Virus record (IMG/VR): IMGVR_UViG_3300042975_000098
Length of the DNA stretch: 64,000 bases
Source of the DNA: a virus
Strand: one strand, 5' to 3'
The position numbers were made by a program, and so were the translations under genes. Shown here piece after piece: positions 40,476 to 49,919 of this stretch (positions within the stretch are counted from its first letter, which is position 1; every line of letters starts with the position of its first letter). Under the pieces are notes generated by a model. It was not told where the DNA came from. It saw only the letters and a program-made list of their open reading frames with translations, and ran no database searches.

Positions 40476-41336
40476 ATGGCCGACGGCAAACGATGCTACC
40501 TCGTCATCGATGGCAACAACATCTCGGTCAGGGCGGCCTCGGTGATTCCCCCTCAACGACTCATCGACGACGACCCGAGCACGAAACTCCTATGGGGAAT
40601 GCTCGGGAAACGCATGAGGATACTTGGCGAGCAGGGGTACGAGGGCATCATCCCCGTGTTCACGTTCGACGCGGGCTTCACCAACACCGGCGATGATGAC
40701 GCAGCAGTGAACAGGTACGAGTTCGATGGTCACTACAAGGAGAACCGCCGCGATGACGGTACCGACCCGGCGAGGACGGCGCTCGACCGCGCCCGCGCGC
40801 GCTGGCGCGACCAGTGGATACGCGAGATCGGCGAACGCGGCATGGTGCTGGCACGTCACGTGAACACCGAGGCCGATGACATCATGGCGTACATGGCGAA
40901 TGCGCTCTCCGACGATGCCGACGTGGCTCTGTGGACCATGGATAAGGATCTCATGCAGTGCGTCGATGACGAGCGCGGCGTGTTCATGATTCGTTACCGG
41001 CGCGGGAGCGGCGACGTCAACGTCCGCGCCGCCGACGTGATGGCGGACAAGGGCGTCCCGCCGACGAAGATACGGCTCCAACTGGCCCTGCAGGGAGATG
41101 CCGCCGACAACTACGACCGCATTCCCGGGTACGGTGGCAAGCGTGGACTGGCGATGCTCACGGACGCGAGCAGCATGGATGATCTGGTGGCCGCGCTGCC
41201 CAAGTACGAGGATCAGCTGCGGTTCAACTGGACGCTCGCCGGCGTCGGCGCCGACTACATGCCGTCGGCGGCGCGAGCGCAGGTCGATTCATGCGTGGCG
41301 GACTGCGTGTGGCGTCAGCCCGAAAGCCATGCGTGA
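40476..41336 (+). CDS. 5'-3' exonuclease / flap endonuclease (PolI N-terminal-like)
   Basis: LVIDGNN, FD, YKENR, EADD, DKDLMQ, LQGDAADN..IPGYG. Confidence 0.88.
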   Translation: MADGKRCYLVIDGNNISVRAASVIPPQRLIDDDPSTKLLWGMLGKRMRILGEQGYEGIIPVFTFDAGFTNTGDDDAAVNRYEFDGHYKENRRDDGTDPARTALDRARARWRDQWIREIGERGMVLARHVNTEADDIMAYMANALSDDADVALWTMDKDLMQCVDDERGVFMIRYRRGSGDVNVRAADVMADKGVPPTKIRLQLALQGDAADNYDRIPGYGGKRGLAMLTDASSMDDLVAALPKYEDQLRFNWTLAGVGADYMPSAARAQVDSCVADCVWRQPESHA

Positions 41337-41448
41337 ACCCGCATGTTTCAGCCGGCGACCGCTTTCACGGAGGATTCCCACTGGTCCACGCTGGCGCTGC
41401 GTGGACTTCAATGAAAATTGATGGAGAACGGTCAAATCGGAATCGCTC

Positions 41449-41577
41449 TACGTCGATTGCGCTCACACGGCAAGCGTTTGCTTATCGTATGAGCGTATTT
41501 TCTCGATGGCGTCGGAAAAACGGCGTTTTCGATGCCACGGTCACAAAACCATGTTTTGGCGTTCTACGTTGCTCTCA
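41449..41577 (+). repeat. 129-bp dispersed intergenic repeat, copy 2
   Basis: Palindrome at 41458-41497; aligns with copies 1 and 3. Confidence 0.9.
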
Positions 41578-41640
41578 GCGCGCGTCGTTGCCGGACGCTC
41601 GCATTGGACTTCGCGCCTGATTCCGTGATATAATGAAGAC

Positions 41641-42060
41641 ATGCTGACATTCAACGCGCGGGAGCTTCTGCCCCCGGATTCACACACCGATTACTCCACC
41701 ACGATTCGACGACTCGCGGGACTCGCCATCGACGCCGACGGCGGGGTCCTCCGGTTCAACAGTCCCGAATCGCTCGCGGAGGAGATCATGAGGCTGATGG
41801 TGAAATGGCTGCCGCGGGCCCGCGCGCTGAAGATCATGAGCCGCGTGGATTCCTCGGCACCGGTCGGCGCGGGGACGCCGGCGGCGTTCGCGCGCGGCGT
41901 GAGGACTCGCGTGGAGGACACGATCATCCATTACCACCGTGGCGGTGACGTGTGGGAGGTCGACGAGGACGTGCGCAAGACCATGGCGCTCATCATACTC
42001 TACCTCGCCGTCCGCGCCGACGGCGAATGCGGTCTCGCGCTCGATGCCGAGCGCCGCTGA
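41641..42060 (+). CDS. Hypothetical protein
   Basis: TATAAT at 41629-41634, 6 nt before ATG. Confidence 0.6.
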   Translation: MLTFNARELLPPDSHTDYSTTIRRLAGLAIDADGGVLRFNSPESLAEEIMRLMVKWLPRARALKIMSRVDSSAPVGAGTPAAFARGVRTRVEDTIIHYHRGGDVWEVDEDVRKTMALIILYLAVRADGECGLALDAERR

Positions 42061-42134
42061 TCGGCGTGCTCGATCGGAGCGTGATATGATGATGTCATAC
42101 GTCCACCGTGGGCGTCAAGGAATAGGGAGGAACG

Positions 42135-42344
42135 ATGGGTAGCAATCTCATCTCCAAGTTGGCGAAGGACGCCGGCAAGATCGCCGGCAAGGTAGCCAAG
42201 AACGTGACCAAGGAAACGGCGACCGACGTGTGGTCGAGCACGAGGACCGCCGCCACGAAGCTCGCGGCCGGCGCCAAGGAGTTCGCCTCCGGCGCCAAGG
42301 ATGCGTTCAATGACGAGCTTAACGGCAAGGGAGGTGAACAATGA
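42135..42344 (+). CDS. Small Lys/Ala-rich amphipathic protein
   Basis: SD GGGAGG; typical codon usage. Confidence 0.6.
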   Translation: MGSNLISKLAKDAGKIAGKVAKNVTKETATDVWSSTRTAATKLAAGAKEFASGAKDAFNDELNGKGGEQ

Positions 42345-42493
42345 GTTCGAACTCCGGTACCGCACTGCGACGTCGCGCGGAGAAGAAGGCCGCGAACAAG
42401 AAGATCGATGACGACAAGGATAGGGTCGCACGACTCAATCGCATGATCCAGCATCGTGGCGAACGTTACGATGACGAGGTTCACGCCGACTGA
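42341..42493 (+). CDS. Small charged protein (50 aa, not in ORF track)
   Basis: SD GGAGGTG, ATGA overlap; MSSNSGTALRRRAEKKAANKKIDDDKDRVARL.. Confidence 0.55.
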   Translation: MSSNSGTALRRRAEKKAANKKIDDDKDRVARLNRMIQHRGERYDDEVHAD

Positions 42494-42514
42494 CCGCTGG
42501 CTGATCGATAACCG

Positions 42515-42550
42515 GGGGCACCGGGAATCCATGTGGTTCCCGGTGCCCCT
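42515..42550 (+). terminator. Hairpin terminator
   Basis: ggggcaccgggaa..ttcccggtgcccc stem. Confidence 0.6.
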
Positions 42551-42619
42551 TATCATGTCCTCACGCCCGTTGGATCGGTATAATATACTCACGATCCGAT
42601 AACGATGGAAGGATAATGG

Positions 42620-43774
42620 ATGGCCAAGAAGAAGGAAACGAACGATTCCGAGCTGTCAGAGAAGGACAGGCTCAACAAGGAGTTCATCGAGCAACTCAAC
42701 AAAAGCTTCAAGGACCCCGGCATGGCGTTCCTGCTCGGCAGCAACACGCGGCTTGACGTGAAGACCGTATCCACGGGATCACTGGCCGTCGACAGCATCG
42801 CCGGCGGCGGCCTGCCCTACGGGCGCGTCATCGAGATATACGGTCCCGAGGCGTCGGGTAAGACGTCGCTGGCGCTGACGGCGGTCGGCAACGTGCAGAA
42901 GAGCGGCGGCAACGCGTTCTACATCGACGTGGAGCATGCGCTCGATCCCGTGTACGCCCGACGCCTTGGCGTGAACACCGCGAAGCTCGGCTTCTCACAG
43001 CCATCGTATGCGGAGCAGGCGCTGAACATTCTCAATGAGGTCGTCAAGTCCGGTGTGTATGACATCGTGGTGCTCGATTCGGTGGCGTCGCTGACGCCGC
43101 TGGCGGAGCTCAGCGGCACGCTGGATGACAACTCGGTCGGTCTGCTGGCCCGCAAGATGGGGCAGGCGTTGAGAATGATCACTCCGGCCGCCTCGAAGAC
43201 GAACACCATCGTCGTGTTCATCAACCAGACGCGCGAGAAGGTCGGCGTCATGTTCGGAAGCCCGGAGACCACGCCCGGTGGCAAGGCGCTGAAGTTCTAC
43301 GCCAGCCTGCGACTCCGCGTCCAGAAGCTCAAGGTGAAGAAGGATAAGGACGTCGCCATCGGCACGCTGGTGAAGGTGGAGTGCAAGAAGAACAAGATCG
43401 CCCCGCCGTATGGCAAGGCGGAGACGGTGCTCACGTTCGCCCGCGGCATCAACGTGTCCGCAGAGGTCATCGAGATATGCGTGGCGCACCATATCATCAA
43501 CAACGCTCGCGGGAGGTTCACGGATGCGGAGACCGGCGAGTCGCTGGCGTTCGGCGAGCAGAAATTCATCGATCTGCTGGACGATAGGTCGAACGGACTG
43601 TATGATAAGTACTACGCGAAGGCCAAGAAGGTTCTGGATGACCGGTCCGCCGAGGAGGAAGCCGAACCCGATGACATCGACTCAGATGACGGTGATTCGA
43701 CGGCGCTCGCGGACGGGTCGGCCTTGATGGACCCGGTTCTGGACGCCGCCGACGCAGCCATCGACGCGGCCTGA
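42620..43774 (+). CDS. recA: Recombinase A
   Basis: STGSLAVD..GGLPYGRVIEIYGPEASGKT, IDVEHALD, DSVA, FINQTREKVGVMFGSPETTPGGKALKFYAS; TATAAT at 42579-42584. Confidence 0.96.
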   Translation: MAKKKETNDSELSEKDRLNKEFIEQLNKSFKDPGMAFLLGSNTRLDVKTVSTGSLAVDSIAGGGLPYGRVIEIYGPEASGKTSLALTAVGNVQKSGGNAFYIDVEHALDPVYARRLGVNTAKLGFSQPSYAEQALNILNEVVKSGVYDIVVLDSVASLTPLAELSGTLDDNSVGLLARKMGQALRMITPAASKTNTIVVFINQTREKVGVMFGSPETTPGGKALKFYASLRLRVQKLKVKKDKDVAIGTLVKVECKKNKIAPPYGKAETVLTFARGINVSAEVIEICVAHHIINNARGRFTDAETGESLAFGEQKFIDLLDDRSNGLYDKYYAKAKKVLDDRSAEEEAEPDDIDSDDGDSTALADGSALMDPVLDAADAAIDAA

Positions 43775-43835
43775 CCGGAACCAGGTCGGCAACCGGCCCT
43801 GACTGGCCATGGGATGAGAGAGTTGAGAGGGAACG

Positions 43836-45593
43836 ATGGTCGAACTGAGCGTGGATGATGCGAAGCGCGAGATCAAGGAACGGGTGAGTCTTGTCGACTT
43901 CTTCCGCGGCAACGGATTCGAGCTGCGGAAGAAGGGCGGACGATACTGGGCGCTGTGCCCGTTCCATGACGAGAAGACGCCATCGTTCTCCGTCAACGAC
44001 GAGACCCGCTCCTACCATTGCTTCGGCTGTGGCAAGAGCGGTGACGTGTTCACCTACATGGAGGAGAAGGAGAACCTGTCGTTCATGGAGGCCGTGGATA
44101 GTCTCGCCGCCGGCCTTGACATTCAGCTTAAACGAACCCAGCGGGACGAGAACGAACCCGATAGGAAGACCCTCCTGCGCATCGTCAAGGCGACCGCCGC
44201 ATGGTACTGGCAGCGGTACGCCGAACTTCCAGAGGATCACCCGGCGAAGATCGAGGTGTCCAAGCGCGGCCTGTCCACCGACAACAAGGATCACTATGAC
44301 CTCCTTGGCTGGGCGCCCGAGAACTCCAAGTCGCTCATCGACCATCTCCATTCGCTTGGTTTCAAGGATGATGACATGGTGGCATCCGGGGTGATCAGGC
44401 GATCGGATGACGGCAGACTGTACTCGCTGCTGCGAGCGCGGCTCACGTTCGTCATCACCGACATCCTCAACCGTCCCATCGGGTTCAGCGGGCGTCGCAT
44501 ATTCGGCGACACGAAGGACCGCAAGTACGTGAACTCACCGGACTCGACGCTGTTCCACAAGGCCGGCGTGCTGTTCTGCGAGTCGATCGCGAAGAAGCAG
44601 GCGGCCAAGGACCACGAGATGTTCGTAGTGGAGGGGCAGTTCGACGTGCTGGCGATGCAATCGGTCGGCAAGACGAACACGGTCGCGTCATCGGGCACGG
44701 CGTTCACGGAATCGCACGCCGGCCTCATGCGCCGGTTCGTCGGCGAGAAGGGGCGCGTGGTGTTCTGCTTCGACGCGGATGATGCGGGGCAGGCGGCGGC
44801 GATGAAGGCGTTCGTCAACCTACCCAGCCTACAGGGGCAGGCGTACGCGACGATCACGAAGGACAAGGACCCCTCGGACATGTACCGTGATGACCCGAAG
44901 AGTCTGCTGAACCAGGTGAGCACCATCACGCCACTGTGGAAGCACGTGCTGCTGCATGTGGTCGGCCAGCATGACATGACCACCGATCAGGGTCGCAAGG
45001 CGTTCATCGTGGACTTCGCCAAACTGTACGAGGCCACCACCGACTCCTACACGGCCGACTCCATGTTGAAACTCGCCTCCGTGCTGTCCAGCGTGCCCGT
45101 GGACGTGCTGTCATCCAAGGGACGGTCGCAGACCGCCGCCGAGCCGACGGCCCCCATGATCGATGCGGTCGAGACCGATACCGGGGTGGACGCGCTCGTG
45201 GACAATCTGCTGGCGCTGATGCTGGAGAACCCGGATCTGAGGTCGAGACTGCCGGAGGTCGATCTGCGCGGCGTGCGCGCCCGCAGGTTCGCCCTGTGGA
45301 TGACGAATCATCAGAACGTCAAGGTGATCCCCGAACTGTTCGCCGGCACGGCGGCGGAGGCGTACGTGCGCCGGCTGGACGCGCTGGCGCAACGGCTGCA
45401 CGAGTATGACGAGTTCATGATCCCCGCCGACCCTGCGGAACTCTTCGAGCAGCAGAAGACCATCATCGCACGCGAGCAGGTGCGTCGACGGACAAGGGAC
45501 GCGCTCCTGTCGACGGCGGCAACGGCCGACAGCGCCGACCCTGATGTCCTCGCCGCCGTCGAGGACAAGGTGAGACGTTCCCGTGCGTCATGA
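43836..45593 (+). CDS. dnaG: DNA primase
   Basis: CPFHDEKTPSF..YHCFGCG zinc finger, GFSGR, KYVNSP, VEGQFDV, FDADDAG, KDP. Confidence 0.95.
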   Translation: MVELSVDDAKREIKERVSLVDFFRGNGFELRKKGGRYWALCPFHDEKTPSFSVNDETRSYHCFGCGKSGDVFTYMEEKENLSFMEAVDSLAAGLDIQLKRTQRDENEPDRKTLLRIVKATAAWYWQRYAELPEDHPAKIEVSKRGLSTDNKDHYDLLGWAPENSKSLIDHLHSLGFKDDDMVASGVIRRSDDGRLYSLLRARLTFVITDILNRPIGFSGRRIFGDTKDRKYVNSPDSTLFHKAGVLFCESIAKKQAAKDHEMFVVEGQFDVLAMQSVGKTNTVASSGTAFTESHAGLMRRFVGEKGRVVFCFDADDAGQAAAMKAFVNLPSLQGQAYATITKDKDPSDMYRDDPKSLLNQVSTITPLWKHVLLHVVGQHDMTTDQGRKAFIVDFAKLYEATTDSYTADSMLKLASVLSSVPVDVLSSKGRSQTAAEPTAPMIDAVETDTGVDALVDNLLALMLENPDLRSRLPEVDLRGVRARRFALWMTNHQNVKVIPELFAGTAAEAYVRRLDALAQRLHEYDEFMIPADPAELFEQQKTIIAREQVRRRTRDALLSTAATADSADPDVLAAVEDKVRRSRAS

Positions 45594-45597
45594 TATT
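45591..45597 (+). promoter_or_regulatory. YGATATT-N8-ATG motif (VirB4 N-half)
   Basis: GATATT at 45592-45597, ATG 45606. Confidence 0.7.
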
Positions 45598-45605
45598 CTA
45601 CGAGC

Positions 45606-46940
45606 ATGGCCAACATGAAGAAAATAGTCCCGCCGCCCATCGCCATCGTCGATAACATCGTGTTCTCGAAGACCGAGGCGTGGGCGTTCTGGAACCTGCC
45701 GCTGACGGCCTACGACTTCCTGTCGATGCAGGGGAAGTCGGCCATCCTCGCGCAGGATTCCAACGCGCTGATCTCGCTCATGAAGGGGCGTGACGAGCCG
45801 GTGGACTGCAAGCTCATCCTCACGAACAGCCCGTTGGACGTGAACCACTGGGAGGAGAACTACATCGCCCTGTCCTCGACGTGGAACCACCGGTCGGGTT
45901 TCGACGAGTTCATCAGGAACCAGATCGACCTCATGAAGCACGAGTACAGCTTCGTGGATAAGCGGGTGTTCTTCGGCGTGAAGCTCAACAACCGGCTCGC
46001 CCTCGATTTCGACGCCATCAACCCGTTCCAGAAAGGGTTCAAGGATGCCATGGAGTACACGAAGCGGTTCCTCAACTCGATGCTCGCCGTCCCCAACAAC
46101 GTCATTCCCGACGAGGAGATAGAACGGGAGCACGCGCTTGAGGAATCGTACAATACCATCATCTCGAACAGCGCACTCAATGGCGTTCGCTCGACCACCG
46201 AGGAACTCGCCCTGCTCATCAAGCAGACGCTGTACCCCGCCATGCCCGTGCCCAACATCCAGCTTGAAGACGATAGCCGCTGGGGGGCCGGCGACGCGTA
46301 TGAGGACCTGATAAGCGACATCAGACCACGGGAGAACCCGAAGTACATTCGCATCAACCAGACCATCGGCGGACGCCCCTACACCGGCTACCGGGCCACG
46401 CTCACGTTCAAGTCGTTCCCGCCGAAGATGCAGCCGCCCATCAGCGAACCATGGATATACTATTCCGTCAACAGCGGCGTGTCCAACCCGTTCGACGTGT
46501 TCTCCACGTTCACCATCGTCCCCAACGCCGTCATCCGCAAGGAGATCGAGAAGAACAAGAAGATCCGGCAGGATGGCTTCGACAACGCCACGAAAGCGGG
46601 AGTCGACCCGTCATCGGAACTCGTCAGCGACCTCGATGAGGCCACGGAGCTTGACGCGTTCGCCGCGCAGAACCACCAGCCATGGGTGAAATCGACCACG
46701 AGAATGGTGCTCACCGCCAGCAGCGTGGAGCAGCTGGAGAAGGACGCCGAGACCATGATCCAGAAGTACGGCGACCGCGGCGTCGGCATCAAACTCATAT
46801 GGACCACGCACGATCAGGTGGACCTGCTGCTGGAATCCATGCCCGGCGCGAACCTCATGGAGAAAAGCTTCGTCCAGATGTCCACGATGTCGCTCATCTC
46901 GGCATCCGGCTTCAACGTGTACAACGAGATCGGCGACTGA
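45606..46940 (+). CDS. VirB4/TcpF-like protein, N-terminal half (no Walker motifs)
   Basis: DNIVFS..EAWA...LP...YDFLS, FFGVKL, Q..LLLESMPG, ends ..EIGD. Confidence 0.65.
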   Translation: MANMKKIVPPPIAIVDNIVFSKTEAWAFWNLPLTAYDFLSMQGKSAILAQDSNALISLMKGRDEPVDCKLILTNSPLDVNHWEENYIALSSTWNHRSGFDEFIRNQIDLMKHEYSFVDKRVFFGVKLNNRLALDFDAINPFQKGFKDAMEYTKRFLNSMLAVPNNVIPDEEIEREHALEESYNTIISNSALNGVRSTTEELALLIKQTLYPAMPVPNIQLEDDSRWGAGDAYEDLISDIRPRENPKYIRINQTIGGRPYTGYRATLTFKSFPPKMQPPISEPWIYYSVNSGVSNPFDVFSTFTIVPNAVIRKEIEKNKKIRQDGFDNATKAGVDPSSELVSDLDEATELDAFAAQNHQPWVKSTTRMVLTASSVEQLEKDAETMIQKYGDRGVGIKLIWTTHDQVDLLLESMPGANLMEKSFVQMSTMSLISASGFNVYNEIGD

Positions 46941-46941
46941 C

Positions 46942-47502
46942 ATGGGTTGGAAGGGAAGCCTCGCCGCGCTGCTGACCGGCGCGATCATCGCCGCGGCGTT
47001 CATGCTCGGCATGAACGCCGCGGGCGTCGGCGCGTGGACCGTCGTCGGCTCGTCCATGGAGGATACGCTCCACTCCGGCGACATCGTGTTCGGGGAGCGC
47101 CGTCCCGCCGCCATCGCCGTCAACGACGTCATCGTGTTCACGGACGCCGGCGACTGGAGCGGTTCCACGAGAAGCCACATCATCAAACGGGTCATCGCGG
47201 TCGCCGGCGACCGCGTGCGAATAGACGCGCGCGGCGTCATCACCGTCAACGGGAAACGCCAGCATGACGTGCACGGCGAGTACGCGATGTCCTGTCAGGC
47301 GGCGCCGATCGACATGACGATACCGGCCGGCCGCGTGTTCGCGCGCGGCGACAACGCCAGCGTCTCCGATGACAGCCGGTACCAGGCGTGTAACGGGGAC
47401 GTCGCGAACGCGCTCGTCCCCGTTGCCGACGTGATGCTACGCGCCGGCGGGTTCCGTCTGCCGATAGGCTCATGGGCGAACGCCATAGAGGAGGCCTTGT
47501 GA
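46942..47502 (+). CDS. Signal peptidase I (S26)
   Basis: GSSMEDTL..GD, IKRVIAVAGD, GDN...SDDSR. Confidence 0.9.
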   Translation: MGWKGSLAALLTGAIIAAAFMLGMNAAGVGAWTVVGSSMEDTLHSGDIVFGERRPAAIAVNDVIVFTDAGDWSGSTRSHIIKRVIAVAGDRVRIDARGVITVNGKRQHDVHGEYAMSCQAAPIDMTIPAGRVFARGDNASVSDDSRYQACNGDVANALVPVADVMLRAGGFRLPIGSWANAIEEAL

Positions 47503-47504
47503 CC

Positions 47505-48674
47505 ATGTTCCCGAGAATGCTGCTCATAGCCGCCATCGTCTACACGATAGGCGTGCTCGTCATCGTCAACATCGCGCTCGGCGTGGTCGACCGGGTGGCG
47601 GCCGACAGGGCCGCGCAGTCCCGTGATCCCACGCCGCCGAAACGCCGGCGACACGCGTTCTCCGAGAGCCTGCGGAAAGCGCTCGCCGACGATCGCCTGC
47701 TCCCGATCACCAGGAGCGTCGGCGAGACCGATGACCAGGGCAAGCCGGTGATGGACGGCAAGGGCAAGCCGAAGAAGACGAAGGAGTACGTGCTTGAGAA
47801 GCACGACGCGTACGGCATCCTCATCGACCCCGGGCGCGGCGCCCTCACGTGGCGCAAGCTCTACGCGGCGCTGCTGGTAGCGTCCGTCATCATCACGGCC
47901 GCCGGCGTGATCTCGCCGGCGCTCTACGGGGTGGGGTTCATGGCGTCGCTCGTCATGGACTCGCTCATCATCCATAACGGCGGGAAGCTGATCGCGGCGG
48001 AATCGAAGGCGTTCGACGACGTGCTGGCGATATCCCGGCTGAAGCTCGGAGCCGACGCCACGGACCCGCATGAGATCATCAACATCACCGACTGGGAGTT
48101 CGCCGGCGAGGCCGCCAGCATCGCGAACGGCACCGTGAGGGCATCGGAGGACGGTCAGACCGAGGCCATCGCCAAGGAGGTCGATGCGTATAGTAAGGGG
48201 CATAGGCCGCGGATAGCGAGGATACGCGACGTGCCGGCGGCGATGACGATCGCGTTCCCCATCTCGTTCATGAAGTCAAGCACCGACGCGTTCATCACGC
48301 ACATCAACCAGAACGTCGGCGGCGGCACCGTGGAATGGGTGGCGCAGAAGCGGACCAGCCAGCCGGATGGCTCGGTGAGGATAGAGAACGGCTGGGACTT
48401 CACGGCGCGCATGGTGACGTTGCGGACGATGCCGCCGCTCCCGGACATGGCGAAGCTTCCCATGGACATCGGGGACGGGCCATGGAACGCGATACGACTC
48501 GGCAAGACCGTCGAGGGCGAGGCCGTGTGGGATCTGAGCGGTCAGGGCGGGTCGGTGAACGGCCGCCCGCTCCACGGCGGCGGCGTCGGCGTGACCACCC
48601 CGATGTCGCTGGTGCCGCTGGCCACGGACACGAAGGTCATCGTCGTGGACAGCCGCCATGATTCACGTCCATGA
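47505..48674 (+). CDS. FtsK/SpoIIIE-like membrane ATPase N-terminal fragment ending in a short split-intein N-part
   Basis: TMs, PPLP..A, IRLG...GEAVWD, TPMSLV (pre-Walker A), then PLATDTKV..*. Confidence 0.65.
   Translation: MFPRMLLIAAIVYTIGVLVIVNIALGVVDRVAADRAAQSRDPTPPKRRRHAFSESLRKALADDRLLPITRSVGETDDQGKPVMDGKGKPKKTKEYVLEKHDAYGILIDPGRGALTWRKLYAALLVASVIITAAGVISPALYGVGFMASLVMDSLIIHNGGKLIAAESKAFDDVLAISRLKLGADATDPHEIINITDWEFAGEAASIANGTVRASEDGQTEAIAKEVDAYSKGHRPRIARIRDVPAAMTIAFPISFMKSSTDAFITHINQNVGGGTVEWVAQKRTSQPDGSVRIENGWDFTARMVTLRTMPPLPDMAKLPMDIGDGPWNAIRLGKTVEGEAVWDLSGQGGSVNGRPLHGGGVGVTTPMSLVPLATDTKVIVVDSRHDSRP
48615..48671 (+). mobile_element. Split intein N-fragment (19 aa, Pro-initiated block A)
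   Basis: PLATDTKVIV matches block A (xLxxDTxV/I); too short to be certain on its own. Confidence 0.6.
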
Positions 48675-48678
48675 TATT
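48672..48678 (+). promoter_or_regulatory. YGATATT-N8-ATG motif (cpaB)
   Basis: GATATT at 48673-48678, ATG 48687. Confidence 0.7.
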
Positions 48679-48686
48679 ACCCACGC

Positions 48687-49793
48687 ATGTTCAAGAAGAA
48701 GTCGGTAGACATAGATGCGGCGCCAGCTGCCGCCAAGCAATCAGCATCGCTCAAGGACAAGCGGCCGTTGTGGTTCCTGTTCTTCGCGCTGGCTATCATC
48801 GCAGCGTTCTCGACATGGCTGATACTCAACACCGTGTCCAAGCAGGACACGTATTACGTGCTGTCCCACGCCGTCGCGGCGCAGACGAAGATCACGACCG
48901 ATGACGTCACCGCGCAGACGCTCAGCGGGCAGAAGCCGCCGAACGCGCTGACCGTATCGGACATCCAGCAGGGCAACGTGTACAGCAAGTACCCGCTGAA
49001 CGCGGGCGATGTCCTCGCCGGGTCGAACGCGGGCACGTTGGACTCGTTGAACGAGGGCATTCCCGACAACTGGGTCATCACGTCGTTCACGGTCGCGTCC
49101 GATGACATGCCGACAAGCCTGCAGCGAAGCGATTACTTCGACATGATCGTGCCGGCGACCTCGGCGGTGTCCGACGCGAAGACCGAGCAGGTGCAGGCCA
49201 CGAAGTACCTGTTCCGCAACGTCATGGTTCTGCAGACGTCGGCAACCACCGCAGGAACCGCCGACGCCGCCAAGAACGGGCAGGCCGCGAGTTCATCGGG
49301 GAGCGACAACTCGGCGAACGTGACGCTCGTGGTAGGCATGTCGCCGAAGAACGCCGCGATTCTGCAGACCGTCATGAACCAGAACTACAACGTGAAGCTG
49401 GTCATCTCCCCGAAGCAGACCACGTATCAGGACCCGACCACGCTGAACGGGCTGTATGACTTCGATTACCAGCAGGTGGTGGATGATGCGGTCGACCCGG
49501 CCAAGCCGAGCATCGTGGCATCGCAATGCACGAAGAACAACGGTGCGGACGAGAACAAGAACTGCACCGATCCGACGTTCACCACGACGAAGCGCGATGC
49601 GTTCGGCGTTCCCTACAACGCCAAGGCGTCCGACCTTGACGAGAACGGCGATGTGAAGAAACTTACCGATTTCGAGAAGGAATGGTGCCAGCAGCTCTAC
49701 TCCAACGACTACTACAACGGCAGCAAGTGGGAGTCGGCCAAGGCGTACTGCGCCAAGGGCGGCGTGAAGTCCGGCGAGTCATCGGCCGAGTAG
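48687..49793 (+). CDS. CpaB/RcpC-like SAF-domain Flp pilus assembly protein
   Basis: TM, SAF-like YYVL...V.A...IT..D..PPNAL..PL.AGDVL, NVMVL. Confidence 0.75.
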   Translation: MFKKKSVDIDAAPAAAKQSASLKDKRPLWFLFFALAIIAAFSTWLILNTVSKQDTYYVLSHAVAAQTKITTDDVTAQTLSGQKPPNALTVSDIQQGNVYSKYPLNAGDVLAGSNAGTLDSLNEGIPDNWVITSFTVASDDMPTSLQRSDYFDMIVPATSAVSDAKTEQVQATKYLFRNVMVLQTSATTAGTADAAKNGQAASSSGSDNSANVTLVVGMSPKNAAILQTVMNQNYNVKLVISPKQTTYQDPTTLNGLYDFDYQQVVDDAVDPAKPSIVASQCTKNNGADENKNCTDPTFTTTKRDAFGVPYNAKASDLDENGDVKKLTDFEKEWCQQLYSNDYYNGSKWESAKAYCAKGGVKSGESSAE

Positions 49794-49814
49794 TATCGTG
49801 TCGTCGCGCTGAAT

Positions 49815-49847
49815 AACGGCGGCCCGTCATGATGGCGGGCCGCCGTT
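49815..49847 (+). terminator. Hairpin terminator
   Basis: aacggcggcccgtcat/atggcgggccgccgtt. Confidence 0.6.
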
Positions 49848-49919
49848 CCATGTCGTGAGCGATATTCTATTGACGCCCGCGGTATACTGTTATGGCACGG
49901 CGTTATAAGGAGTGGAAAC

